DNA of 32,000 bases from Candidatus Promineifilum breve (GTDB lineage Bacteria; Chloroflexota; Anaerolineae; Promineifilales; Promineifilaceae), in NCBI RefSeq assembly GCF_900066015.1, contig NZ_LN890655.1:1062726-1094725 (forward strand). The letters are read 5' to 3'. Each line of letters starts with the position of its first letter. Position 1 is the stretch's first letter. The translations under genes and the position numbers were made by a program. Under the pieces are notes generated by a model. That model ran no database searches. It worked only from the letters and a program-made list of their open reading frames with translations, and was not told the DNA's origin. Shown one piece after another: positions 1 through 7,715 of the stretch.

Positions 1-1
1 C

Positions 2-76
2 AAGGTAGCCTACGCCAACCTGGGGCTGTCGGCCGACCACGCCGTGGAACTGGCGCTGGCGTTATTGAACGACTAG
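2..76 (+). CDS. 3' end (last 24 codons) of a gene starting upstream of the window; identity not determinable (transketolase is only a guess)
   Basis: Frame 2 is open from the window edge to TAG 74-76 (KVAYANLGLSADHAVELALALLND*). It is followed by AAGGAG and the tal ATG. tkt-tal adjacency is common, but 24 aa cannot prove it. Confidence 0.3.
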   Translation, partial: KVAYANLGLSADHAVELALALLND

Positions 77-88
77 AAAGGAGTCGCA

Positions 89-1216
89 ATGAATACCGTA
101 CAACAACTGGCGGGGCTGGGGCAGTCGATCTGGTACGATAATATCGAGCGCGGGCTGTTGGACAACGGCGCGATGGCCGGCATGATCGCCCGCGGCGAGA
201 TTCGCGGCGTCACGTCGAACCCGTCCATCTTCCTCAACGCCATCACCAAGACAGGCGATTACGACGCCGGGTTGTTGCCGCTCATCGCCGCCGGCCACGA
301 CGCCCCGGCCATCTTCTGGGAACTGGCGATCGAGGACATCCGCGCCGCGACCGATCTGTTCCGCCCGCTCTACGACGAGACGAACGGCGGCGACGGCTAC
401 GTCAGCCTGGAGGTCAACCCCGACCTGGCCCACGACACGGCGGCGACGCTGGCCGAGACCAAGACGTTGTGGCGGCGGGTCGATCGGCCCAACCTGATGA
501 TCAAGATTCCGGCGACCGAGGCCGGTATCCCCGCTATCCGCGCCGCCATCGCCGCCGGGATCAACGTCAACGTCACCCTCATCTTCGCCCGCGAGCGCTA
601 CCGGGCGGTGATGGACGCCTATCTGAGCGGCCTGGAAGATCGCGTTGCCGCCGGGCAGCCGATAGATGGCATCGCCTCGGTGGCCTCGTTTTTCGTCTCG
701 CGGGTCGATAGCAACGTGGACAAGAAGCTACAAGGCATCATCAAGGAAGGCGGCGCGCGGGCGGCGGCGGCCGAGGCGCTGCTGGGCCGGGCGGCCATCG
801 CCAACGCCCGGCTGGCCTATGCCGATTTCCGGCAAGTCTTCGGCGACGAGCGTTTCGCCCGGCTGCGGGCCGCGGGCGGGCGCGTCCAGCGGCCATTGTG
901 GGCGTCCACCGGCACCAAGAACCCGGCCTATAGCGACGTGGTCTACGTGGACGAACTGGTTGGACCGGACACGGTCAACACCGTGCCGCCGCAAACGCTG
1001 GCCGCGCTGCTGGATCATGGCGTGGCCCGGCCGACCCTGGAGCAACACATCGCCGAGGCGCGGCGCGTCGAGGCCGAACTGGAAGGGCTGGGCATCTCGC
1101 TGGCCGAGGTGACGGCCGACCTGGAGCGCGAGGGGGTGCAGTCGTTCAAGGACGCCTTCGCGACGCTGTTGGCCGCCGTGGAAGAGCGGCGGCGTTCGGC
1201 CGTGGCCGCCGACTAG
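89..1216 (+). CDS. tal: transaldolase (long, ~370-aa type)
   Basis: 375-aa ORF with AAGGAG Shine-Dalgarno upstream of ATG 89. Contains [26 protein letters not shown] and NLMIKIPAT (Schiff-base Lys region), all typical of transaldolase. Confidence 0.95.
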   Translation: MNTVQQLAGLGQSIWYDNIERGLLDNGAMAGMIARGEIRGVTSNPSIFLNAITKTGDYDAGLLPLIAAGHDAPAIFWELAIEDIRAATDLFRPLYDETNGGDGYVSLEVNPDLAHDTAATLAETKTLWRRVDRPNLMIKIPATEAGIPAIRAAIAAGINVNVTLIFARERYRAVMDAYLSGLEDRVAAGQPIDGIASVASFFVSRVDSNVDKKLQGIIKEGGARAAAAEALLGRAAIANARLAYADFRQVFGDERFARLRAAGGRVQRPLWASTGTKNPAYSDVVYVDELVGPDTVNTVPPQTLAALLDHGVARPTLEQHIAEARRVEAELEGLGISLAEVTADLEREGVQSFKDAFATLLAAVEERRRSAVAAD

Positions 1217-1860
1217 TTAGAGCGATTCCCTGCGGCGGGCTTTTGGGCCAGCACGAAGAGGTGGCTGCCCGTGGCCGCCTCGCCGCCCAGGGAATCGCTG
1301 ATGATCTGCCACCAAAGCACGTCGAAGCCGGCGTCGCTCAGCAGCGCCAGATTGGTCGGCGCGTCGAAGTGGCTCCAATACATGCGCACGCCGAAGTACC
1401 CATCATCATAGTCGTCGTCCAGATCCATCGCCCCCAGGCAGAGGAACGCCAGCCCACCCGGTCGCAGCAGACGGTAGAAGTCGGCCAGGATGCCGGCGTG
1501 TTTGGCGCGGGGGATGTGGATGATGGCGTAGTAGGAGCAGACGGCATCGAACGTGCCGCCGGCCAGACCCAGTCGGGTTAGCTCCTGGCAGGCGAAGGCC
1601 GCTTTGGGAACGTGCTGGGTAGCCAGGCCCAATTGGCGTTCGGAAAAATCAACGCCGACGACGCGATAGGATTGGCTGAGCCTGTGGGCTATGGGCATGC
1701 CCGCGCCGCAACCAGCATCGAGCACCAGCGCGCCGGCGGGCAGACGGCTAATCAGATGTTCCAGCGCAGCGACATCGGGCGCCTCTTGCCGCCGATCAGC
1801 GAGATAAGCCTCGGCCGCGCGTTCATAACCCAATCGAACCACTTCTTCAGGTTTCATCAA
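1213..1860 (-). CDS. class I SAM-dependent methyltransferase
   Basis: 215-aa ORF with motif [10 protein letters not shown], followed by VVGVDFS and an LLRPGG-type post-I/II pattern. Substrate unknown. Confidence 0.85.
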   Translation of the reverse strand: MMKPEEVVRLGYERAAEAYLADRRQEAPDVAALEHLISRLPAGALVLDAGCGAGMPIAHRLSQSYRVVGVDFSERQLGLATQHVPKAAFACQELTRLGLAGGTFDAVCSYYAIIHIPRAKHAGILADFYRLLRPGGLAFLCLGAMDLDDDYDDGYFGVRMYWSHFDAPTNLALLSDAGFDVLWWQIISDSLGGEAATGSHLFVLAQKPAAGNRSN

Positions 1861-1885
1861 CCGTTTCCTTATGGCATCAAGTTAC

Positions 1886-2563
1886 CTAACGATGCTGGGT
1901 GACGCCGACCTGCTGGCACATGTTAAGCACCGGGCAGGTGGAACAGCGCGGCATTTGGCCGGTGCAGATGTGCTTGCCGAAGGGCACCAACAGCCGGTTG
2001 ATCTCGACCCAGTGCTCGCGCGGCAGTTTCTCTTCCAGTTGCAGCATGGTTCGCTCCGGCGTCGGCGCGGCCACGTAGCCCCAGCGATTGGTGACGCGGT
2101 GGACGTGGATATCCACGCTGATCCACGGCTGATCACAGGCGATGCCCAGCGCCAGATGGGCGCATTTGACGCCCACGCCGGAGAAGGACAGCAGCACCGC
2201 CTCGTCGCAGGGCAGTTCGCCGCCATACGCCTCGGCCACCTGTCGGGCGATGGCCTGAATCTGGACGGCCTTGCGCTCGTGGAAGGTGCTGGGCGTGATG
2301 AGCTGGTCGATCTCGTCCGGCGACAGGCCGGCAATCTCGGCCGGGGTGCGCGCCCGATCCAGCAGGCGGCGCGAGATGGGCAGCGAATCCTCGTCGCGGG
2401 TGCGGATGGAGATGATACAGGCGATCAGTTGCTCAAACGGGGTGGCGTAGCCCAACTCGGCCAGCTCGAACATGGCCGCCTTGGGATAGGGGGCCACGGC
2501 GGCGCGGATCAGCGCCAGGGTTTGATCGATATCCAACGGTTGTTTAGGCGGCGCAATGCTCAT
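1886..2563 (-). CDS. nth: endonuclease III family DNA glycosylase/lyase (HhH-GPD with 4Fe-4S loop)
   Basis: 225 aa. HhH region FSGVGVKCAHLAL has the catalytic-Lys position, with VDIHVHRV downstream. C-terminal C-x6-C-x2-C-x5-C cluster (CTGQMPRCSTCPVLNMC). Confidence 0.9.
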   Translation of the reverse strand: MSIAPPKQPLDIDQTLALIRAAVAPYPKAAMFELAELGYATPFEQLIACIISIRTRDEDSLPISRRLLDRARTPAEIAGLSPDEIDQLITPSTFHERKAVQIQAIARQVAEAYGGELPCDEAVLLSFSGVGVKCAHLALGIACDQPWISVDIHVHRVTNRWGYVAAPTPERTMLQLEEKLPREHWVEINRLLVPFGKHICTGQMPRCSTCPVLNMCQQVGVTQHR

Positions 2564-2592
2564 GCTGCTCCAGGGTCAACGAGCCAACCGCC

Positions 2593-3357
2593 TCACGTCC
2601 CGACCACGATGCCGCCATCCACGCGCAGGACTTCGCCGGTGATGAAGCCGGCCTCATCCGACGCCAGGAACAGGTAGGCGTTGGCGATGTCGCGCGGCTC
2701 GCCCAGCCGGCCCAGCGGCGTGCGGCCGCGCATCCCATCGAGGATATTCTCGGGCATGGCCGCCACCATTTCGGTGGCCGTGAAGCCGGGGGCCACGGCA
2801 TTGACGCGGATGCCCGACCGGCCCAGTTCGCGCGCCCAGACCTTGGTCATGCCGATGACGCCGGCCTTGGTGGCGACGTAATTCGTCTGGCCGAAGTTGC
2901 CGTCCAGCCCGACGATGGATGTGGCGTTGAGGATGACGCCGCTCCGTTGGCGGATCATGTGCGGCACGACGGCCTGGGTGCAATTGAACACGCCCTTCAG
3001 ATTGACGGCGATGACCAGATCGAAATCGGCCTCCGACATCTGTTTCACCAGTACGCCGTCCTTGACCTTGACCAGCGTGCCGTCGCGCAGGACGCCGGCA
3101 TTGTTGACCAGCACATCGACGCGGCCGAAGCGCTCGACCACGCCATCGACAAACGCGCCCACGGCCGCCCGGTCGGCCACGTTGACCCGCTCGAAGCTGG
3201 CCTGGGAGCCGATGGCGGCGACGGTGTTGTGCCCCTGCTCCTCGTTCAGGTCGCAGATGACGACCGTCGCGCCTTCGTCGGCAAAGCGCTGGGCGGTGGC
3301 CTGGCCGATGCCCGCCGCGCCGCCGGTGATGATGCAGATTTTATCTTTTAACCGCAT
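2593..3357 (-). CDS. SDR family oxidoreductase (FabG-like 3-oxoacyl reductase)
   Basis: Start moved to ATG 3357 (MRLKDKICIITGGAAGIG), preceded by AAGGAG. Carries TGxxxGIG, NNAG and YxxxK (YVATKAG) motifs. Confidence 0.9.
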   Translation of the reverse strand: MRLKDKICIITGGAAGIGQATAQRFADEGATVVICDLNEEQGHNTVAAIGSQASFERVNVADRAAVGAFVDGVVERFGRVDVLVNNAGVLRDGTLVKVKDGVLVKQMSEADFDLVIAVNLKGVFNCTQAVVPHMIRQRSGVILNATSIVGLDGNFGQTNYVATKAGVIGMTKVWARELGRSGIRVNAVAPGFTATEMVAAMPENILDGMRGRTPLGRLGEPRDIANAYLFLASDEAGFITGEVLRVDGGIVVGT

Positions 3358-3445
3358 GGTGACTCCTTGAATTTGATCCCGAAAGAGTGATCTATTGACC
3401 TGTTGTCCTACTGACCCACTGGTCAACCGGCATTAAACATAAAGA

Positions 3446-3462
3446 CCCCGGCAATGCCGGGG
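3446..3462 (-). terminator. intrinsic terminator-like hairpin downstream of tRNA-Ser
   Basis: Palindrome CCCCGGCA-A-TGCCGGGG. On the minus strand it is followed by TCTTTATGTTTAAT (U-rich). It lies just 3' of the tRNA end. Confidence 0.6.
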
Positions 3463-3472
3463 CCTTTAGCAG

Positions 3473-3559
3473 CGGAGAGGGTGGGATTCGAACCCACGGT
3501 GACCTTTCGGCCACAACGCTTTTCGAGAGCGCCCCGATCAACCGCTCCGGCACCTCTCC
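3473..3559 (-). tRNA. tRNA-Ser (anticodon CGA), class II with long variable arm; CCA not encoded
   Basis: The reverse complement reads GGAGAGG-TG-CCGGAGCGGTTGATCGG-G-GCGCT-CTCGAAA-AGCGT-TGTGGCCGAAAGGTCACC-GTGGG-TTCGAAT-CCCAC-CCTCTCC-G. This gives a 7-bp acceptor, a T-loop TTCGAAT, U33 and A37 flanking CGA, and a paired variable arm. Confidence 0.93.
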
Positions 3560-3571
3560 TGAGCAGTAATC

Positions 3572-3599
3572 AGTATAGCAGTTCTCGGCGGAAGGGCAA
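3572..3599 (-). promoter_or_regulatory. candidate sigma-70-type promoter for tRNA-Ser
   Basis: Minus strand reads TTGCCC, then 16 nt, then TATACT, ending about 12 nt before the mature tRNA 5' end. Confidence 0.4.
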
Positions 3600-3637
3600 G
3601 AGGCGTCTGTTCTTTAACCTGACAGTTTTGGGGTGAT

Positions 3638-4123
3638 TTAGAGCGGCTTGAACTGCTCGAACGCGTCCCGGCAGTCGTGGCAATACCAGATCATGCGGCA
3701 CAGCGTGGGGCCGAAGGCGTTGCGCAGGCTGGTGTGGTTGGAGCCGCAGCGCGGGCACTCGGCCAGGTCGAAAAAGGCCACGGCCGCCGGGTCGCCGGCG
3801 TGGTGCGGCGGCGGGGCCAGCCCGAAGCGGCGCAACTTCTCCCGCCCGGCCGCGCTGATCCACTCCGTGCTCCACGGTGGATGAAGTACCGTCTCAACCG
3901 TGACCTCGGCCACGCCCAGAGCGCGGGCGGCGGCGGCCACGTCGCGGCGCATCACGTCCAGCGCCGGGCAGCCGGAGAACGTGGGGGTCATCGTGACGAT
4001 GACCCCGGCCGGCGTCACCTCGACGGCGCGAATGATGCCCATCTCGACCACCGAGACGACGGGAATCTCCGGGTCCATGACCTCTTGCAGCGCCCGCCAC
4101 ACGTCGTCGGTCGTGATCGTCAT
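3638..4123 (-). CDS. paaD: 1,2-phenylacetyl-CoA epoxidase subunit PaaD
   Basis: Start set at ATG 4123 (MTITTDDVWRALQEVMDPEIPVVSVVEMGII), 2 nt after the paaC stop. DUF59/MIP18-like domain plus a C-terminal Cys-rich ribbon (CPRCGS...CHDC). The longer listed ORF is an overlap artefact. Confidence 0.9.
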   Translation of the reverse strand: MTITTDDVWRALQEVMDPEIPVVSVVEMGIIRAVEVTPAGVIVTMTPTFSGCPALDVMRRDVAAAARALGVAEVTVETVLHPPWSTEWISAAGREKLRRFGLAPPPHHAGDPAAVAFFDLAECPRCGSNHTSLRNAFGPTLCRMIWYCHDCRDAFEQFKPL

Positions 4124-4125
4124 CG

Positions 4126-4887
4126 TCACCACTCGGCCGCCGGGTCCAGCCGGGCCACGGACTGCATCTCGGCCAGCAGGGCCATCAGGTGTTCGGTGTG
4201 TTCCGTGCGAGGAATCATGCGCCGGGGCAGAGCTTCGTCGGGGAGGCGCAGATCGCACGCGGCCAGGAACGGGCGGGTCAATGCTTCCCATTCCTCTTGT
4301 AGTAGCGCCGGTGGCGGAACGATAGCCGCGGCAATCAGTACCTCATCGCCCGGCAGCGGCGCGAAAAGCTGTCGCGCATAGGGCCAAAGGGCGTCGAGCG
4401 CGGCCTGGGCGCGGGCATGGCTCTCCGCGGTTCCCAACCCCAGCCGCCGCAGCCACAAACTGGTGTGGCGCAGGTGATAGACTTCCTCGGTGGCGATCTT
4501 GGCCGCGGCCTCAGCCAACGGCCGGTAGGCGCTGTGGGCCAATTGGCGCAGCGTCACCTGCTCGGCGGCATCGAACAGGTATTGCCGGGCCATCGAGAAA
4601 GCCCAATCGCCGCGCGGCAGTTCGACCAGTTGCGCGTTGCGATAGTCGCCGGGGCCGCGAAAGAAGGCCAGCCGGTCGGGGTCGTCGCCGGTCAGTTCGC
4701 CGAGCAGCCCGTACCAGATGGCGGCATGGCCCAATTCATCCAGGGCGATGTTGGCGAAGGCGATGTCCTCCTCCAGGATCGGCCCGTGACCGGCCCACTC
4801 CGAATTGCGGTGGGCCAGGATAAGCTCATCGTCGGCCAGCGCCAGCAGGCGCTGGGCCAGGGCGGCGCGGGTGGCGTCGTCCATCAC
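4126..4887 (-). CDS. paaC: 1,2-phenylacetyl-CoA epoxidase subunit PaaC
   Basis: 253 aa, ferritin-like. LALADDELILAHRNSEWAGHGPILEEDIAFANIALDELGHA is typical of PaaC. Its start overlaps the paaB stop by 4 nt. Confidence 0.9.
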   Translation of the reverse strand: MMDDATRAALAQRLLALADDELILAHRNSEWAGHGPILEEDIAFANIALDELGHAAIWYGLLGELTGDDPDRLAFFRGPGDYRNAQLVELPRGDWAFSMARQYLFDAAEQVTLRQLAHSAYRPLAEAAAKIATEEVYHLRHTSLWLRRLGLGTAESHARAQAALDALWPYARQLFAPLPGDEVLIAAAIVPPPALLQEEWEALTRPFLAACDLRLPDEALPRRMIPRTEHTEHLMALLAEMQSVARLDPAAEW

Positions 4888-5447
4888 TCGTTCCCCTCCT
4901 CGCCGCGTCGCAATTGGCGCATGGTGACAACGGTGTGGTACTGGTTGGGCAGCCGAAATAGTTTGCTCGTGGCCGCGGCCAAGCCGGGTATATCGTCCTC
5001 ACCGCTCCGGGCAATGGCCGCCGCCGGGCAAACCCACCAGACGAGAGCCGGCGCGCCGGCGGCCTCGACCGCCCGGCGCAACGCCTCCTCCGGCGATCCG
5101 GCTGCTATCTCACCCACGTACTCAACGTAAGTCATAGCCTGCCTGTCCGACTGCTTACTGAACACTGCATACTGAACACTGTCCTCTTGCTCCCCTGCTC
5201 CCCCGCCCCCCTGCTCCCCTGCTCCCTTTCTCCCCCGCTCCCCTACCAATTCCTCGGCCGTCCGCGCCAATATGACGGCCGCCGGCACGACCCACAGGCT
5301 GTTGCAGGCCGGCCGTCGGGCGAACACGTCGCGCGCGGCCAGGAGGGCCATCTCGGCGTCGGCCGCATGAACCGAGCCGACATTGCGGAACGGCGCGCCC
5401 TCGCGCTCCTGCTTGAATACTTGATACGGCAGCCACTGGTCGGTCAT
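4884..5447 (-). CDS. paaB: PaaB, tandem two-domain fusion (PaaB-linker-PaaB)
   Basis: 187 aa versus about 95 aa for E. coli PaaB. Residues ~1-65 (WLPYQVFKQ...VGSVHAADAEMALLAARDVFARR...LWVVPAAVI) and ~100-187 (YAVFSKQ...VGEIAAGSPEEALRRAVE...VWWVCPAAAI...KLFRLPNQYH) each align by eye to PaaB. They are joined by a Gly/Glu-rich linker. Confidence 0.85.
   Translation of the reverse strand: MTDQWLPYQVFKQEREGAPFRNVGSVHAADAEMALLAARDVFARRPACNSLWVVPAAVILARTAEELVGERGRKGAGEQGGGGAGEQEDSVQYAVFSKQSDRQAMTYVEYVGEIAAGSPEEALRRAVEAAGAPALVWWVCPAAAIARSGEDDIPGLAAATSKLFRLPNQYHTVVTMRQLRRGEEGNE
5156..5244. repeat. simple repeats inside the paaB linker coding region
   Basis: TACTGAACACTG at 5156-5167 and 5170-5181 (14-nt period). 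TGCTCCCC-type octamers at 5188, 5196, 5212 and 5220, encoding GAGEQGGGGAGEQ on the minus strand. Confidence 0.9.
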
Positions 5448-5488
5448 AGTAGGTAGTGGACAATAGGTTGTGGACAGTGGATGGTGAT

Positions 5489-5514
5489 CAGTAGGTCAGT
5501 TTCCAGTAGGTCAG
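5489..5514. repeat. two direct copies of CAGTAGGTCAG (dispersed intergenic motif)
   Basis: Exact 11-mers at 5489-5499 and 5504-5514. The same 11-mer recurs inverted at 10435-10445, and GGTAGGTCAGTA occurs at 10336-10347. Confidence 0.9.
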
Positions 5515-5520
5515 CCGACT

Positions 5521-5576
5521 TCATTCGTCATTCGTCATTCGTCATTCGTCATTCGTCATTCGTCATTCGTCGTTCG
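5521..5576. repeat. heptanucleotide tandem array (TCATTCG x7 plus TCGTTCG)
   Basis: Read directly. The array spans the paaA stop codon (TGA = 5549-5551) and encodes its last residues, RRMTNDE*. Confidence 0.95.
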
Positions 5577-6493
5577 GCATAGGCCGCCGCCGCTTCGCGC
5601 ACCCAGCGGCCGTCCTCGTGGGCCTGGCGGCGGGCGGCCAGACGGTCGGCGTTCATGGGGCCGTCCCCTTTGATGACCCGCCAGAACTCGTCCCAGTCGA
5701 TCTCGCGGCCGGTCCAGTGGCCGGTCGCCGCGTCGTAGACCATCGCCGGGTCGGGCACACTCAGGCCGAGGGCGTGCAGAGCCGGCACCATCTCGTCGAT
5801 GAACTCTTGCCGGAGCTGGTCATTACTCTTGGTCTTGATGCCCCAGCGCACCAGCTGCGGCGTGTTGGACGATTCGCTGTCGTGGGGGCCGAACATCATC
5901 AGGGCCGGCCACCACCAGCGGTCGATGGCCTCCTGAGCCATGCGGCGCTGGGCCGGCGTACCCTGGGCATAGCGGATGATCATCTCCTGCCCCTGCTTCT
6001 TGTGGAAGCCTTCCTCGGCGCAGATGCGCACCATGGCCCGCGAATAGGGGCCATAGGAGCCATGGGCCAGCATGGTCTGGTTCATAATCGCCGCGCCATC
6101 AACCAGCCAGCCGATAGCTCCCACGTCGGCCCAGCCCAGCGTGGGGTAGTTGAAGACACTGGCGTATTTGGCCCGGCCGTCGAGCAATGCTTCAATCATC
6201 TCGTCGCGGCTGACGCCCAGCGTCTCGGCGGCGTGGTAGAGGTATTGGCCGTGCCCGGCCTCGTCCTGCACCTTAGCCAGCAGCACCATCTTGCGCCGCA
6301 GATTGGGCGCGCGGGTGATCCAGGCCCCTTCGGGCAACATGCCGACGATCTCGCTGTGGGCGTGCTGGGAGATCATGCGGATGAGTTGCTTGCGGTAGGC
6401 GTCGGGCATCCAGTCGCCCGGCTCGATCTTTTCGCCGCGGGCAATGCGGGCTTCGAAGGCGGCCTGTTTCGCTGCGATTGATTGTTCGTCCAT
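5549..6493 (-). CDS. paaA: 1,2-phenylacetyl-CoA epoxidase catalytic subunit PaaA
   Basis: Start set at ATG 6493 ([10 protein letters not shown]...), with GGAG about 10 nt upstream; the listed 6508 start is TTG. Contains QHAHSEIVG and [13 protein letters not shown] di-iron ferritin-like motifs. Confidence 0.95.
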   Translation of the reverse strand: MDEQSIAAKQAAFEARIARGEKIEPGDWMPDAYRKQLIRMISQHAHSEIVGMLPEGAWITRAPNLRRKMVLLAKVQDEAGHGQYLYHAAETLGVSRDEMIEALLDGRAKYASVFNYPTLGWADVGAIGWLVDGAAIMNQTMLAHGSYGPYSRAMVRICAEEGFHKKQGQEMIIRYAQGTPAQRRMAQEAIDRWWWPALMMFGPHDSESSNTPQLVRWGIKTKSNDQLRQEFIDEMVPALHALGLSVPDPAMVYDAATGHWTGREIDWDEFWRVIKGDGPMNADRLAARRQAHEDGRWVREAAAAYAERRMTNDE

Positions 6494-6631
6494 CGGTCTG
6501 CGCTCCAACCTATCGAGATAGTTGCTAGTATAAACAAAAGGTGACGGTTTTTCGAACGGAGAACGCCCTATTAATCATTTCCCTCCTCTTACATGCAGTA
6601 TTATCCTCCGGGTTGCGTTTATAGTAACAGA

Positions 6632-7040
6632 ATGATGAATCAATCCCTCGATCTCCGGGAGGAGCAACGTCTCATTACCGCAGCAGTCGATAATGAAGAC
6701 GCCTTCCGCCGTCTATACGACCATTACCTGCCGCGCGTGTATGCCTACTCCCGGCCGGTGGCCCACGTTCTTCCAATTTTACGCCGGGCCGGGGCCGGAC
6801 ATTGTGATTGTCCAGACCGGCGTCGGAACGTCGGGCGGTGCGGCGACGGATGTTCAGGAAGCTACTGTTGTCTCTACCGTCACCGATGGTACAGTGGAGG
6901 AGGTGACGTTTGACGGCCGACCGGCGGCGTGGATCGATGGTCAGGTGCTCAAGTGGGAAGCCGATGGGTTGGCCCTGGACGTGGGCGGCTTGGGTCTCGA
7001 TTTATCTACGGCAATGGCGATTGGGAGGTCGTTGCGTTAG
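6632..7040 (+). pseudogene. decayed ECF sigma factor / anti-sigma (DUF4367-like C-terminus) remnant
   Basis: Frame 2 encodes MMNQSLDLREEQRLITAAVDNEDAFRRLYDHYLPRVYAY (sigma-70 region 2 N-terminus), and similarity is lost near 6750. Frame 3 from ~6790 encodes ...VEEVTFDGRPAAWIDGQVLKWEADGLALDVGGLGLDLSTAMAIGRSLR*, resembling the C-terminal domain of anti-sigma proteins. The intervening ~1 kb expected for an intact pair is missing. Confidence 0.5.
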
Positions 7041-7061
7041 CGACCATGATAGAATAGGGCT

Positions 7062-7427
7062 ATGAGCGAATTATTGCGCAATGCGATAGATGCCCATATC
7101 GATCCGCGGAAATTGCGCGATTACGCTCTGAATATTAATCACGATTCCGGCCGTTTCAAGGCGGCATTCTTTGCCCAGATGGGCTACGACGCCGAGAACT
7201 GGCAACTCCTGGAACGCGACATACGAGAGCAACACCTGACTACGGGCGCGGAAAGAGGATCTGCATCTTCATTCGGGATCAAGTACAATATTACTGCTCC
7301 GCTAGTTGGCCCAAACGGCGAAAGTAGGTGGGTTACAACCGTCTGGATATTTCGCACTGGAGAAGCATTCGCCGATCTGGTAACGATTGAGCCGGCCAAA
7401 CGGCGAAGGAGTGTTGAGGATGAATAG
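7062..7427 (+). CDS. DUF6883-like protein (function unknown)
   Basis: 121 aa. KLRDYALNINHDSGRFKAAFFAQMGY...NW..L and GIKYNITAPLVGPNGESRWVTTVWIFRTGEAFADLVTIEP match my memory of the DUF6883 family pattern (KLxDYxLNxxHxxGxxKAxxF ... GPxG...V.tVWI...GE..P.LVT.YP). Confidence 0.6.
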   Translation: MSELLRNAIDAHIDPRKLRDYALNINHDSGRFKAAFFAQMGYDAENWQLLERDIREQHLTTGAERGSASSFGIKYNITAPLVGPNGESRWVTTVWIFRTGEAFADLVTIEPAKRRRSVEDE

Positions 7428-7668
7428 CGAACAACTTCAATTACTGAATACTGTCATCGTGACGGTTGACCTTTCAGACGAAGAGGTTTTGGCCGGCGAC
7501 ATCGGCACGATTGTGGAGGTCTATTCAATTCCATATCCGGCGTATGAGGTTGAGTTCGTCAATCCGAACGGGACGACACGAGCACTCCTGACTTTATCCT
7601 CTGCTCAAATAAGACCTTTGTTGGAGAACGATGTCCTTACCACCAGGCAATCGGCCCTGGCGGTCTGA
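7420..7668 (+). CDS. DUF4926-like small protein (function unknown)
   Basis: Start set at ATG 7420 (MNSEQLQLLN...), which overlaps the upstream stop (ATGAATAG) and has a GGAG/GAGG upstream. VTVDLSDEEVLAGDIGTIVEVY...AYEVEFVNPNGTTRALLTLSSAQIRPL fits the DUF4926 pattern. Confidence 0.65.
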   Translation: MNSEQLQLLNTVIVTVDLSDEEVLAGDIGTIVEVYSIPYPAYEVEFVNPNGTTRALLTLSSAQIRPLLENDVLTTRQSALAV

Positions 7669-7673
7669 CAACG

Positions 7674-7710
7674 TTAGAAACCAGGTTTTTCGGAAAAACC
7701 CGGTTTCTAA
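7674..7710. terminator. AT-rich 17-bp hairpin between convergent genes (bidirectional terminator candidate)
   Basis: TTAGAAACCAGGTTTTT-CGG-AAAAACCCGGTTTCTAA. The single A:C mismatch on the plus strand becomes G:U on the minus-strand transcript. Confidence 0.55.
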
Positions 7711-7715
7711 TGATC

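Noticed and set aside
1213-1216. Convergent tal and methyltransferase genes share overlapping stop codons on the palindrome CTAG; likewise only 4 nt separate the convergent stops at 25427/25432
   Set aside because: Real but trivial compaction. There is no room for a regulatory element and no evidence of functional significance.
3473-3559. tRNA-Ser as an integration hotspot for a genomic island
   Set aside because: There is no integrase, no duplicated tRNA 3' fragment, and no compositional break next to the tRNA. The only AT-richer islet lies 3 kb away.
3638-4291. N-terminal extensions of listed ORFs: paaD to 4291, rsmI to 11384, the last operon gene from 23433, the SDR to 3426, the acylase from 15438
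   Set aside because: The extensions overlap the preceding gene or a repeat element and are Pro/Arg/Gly-rich. Internal ATGs with good SDs, or ATGA coupling, coincide with where family similarity begins.
5521-5576. Possibility that the tandem repeats (here and at 29951-30025, 10349-10384) are a CRISPR array
   Set aside because: Units are 6-8 nt, or two abutting 36-nt copies, with no unique spacers of CRISPR size. No cas genes are present.
5618-6481. 287-aa plus-strand ORF opposite paaA; similar cases at 28767-29924 (opposite the PPi-type PFK), 30364-31242, 10500-11336 and 11231-11866
   Set aside because: Each is antisense to a gene with unambiguous family motifs, with no SD or start context and low-complexity translations.
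6510-6521. CTATCGAGATAG inverted repeat 17 nt upstream of the paaA start as a possible operator
   Set aside because: Only 5+5 bp, with no second copy and no regulator gene nearby. This is too weak to call.
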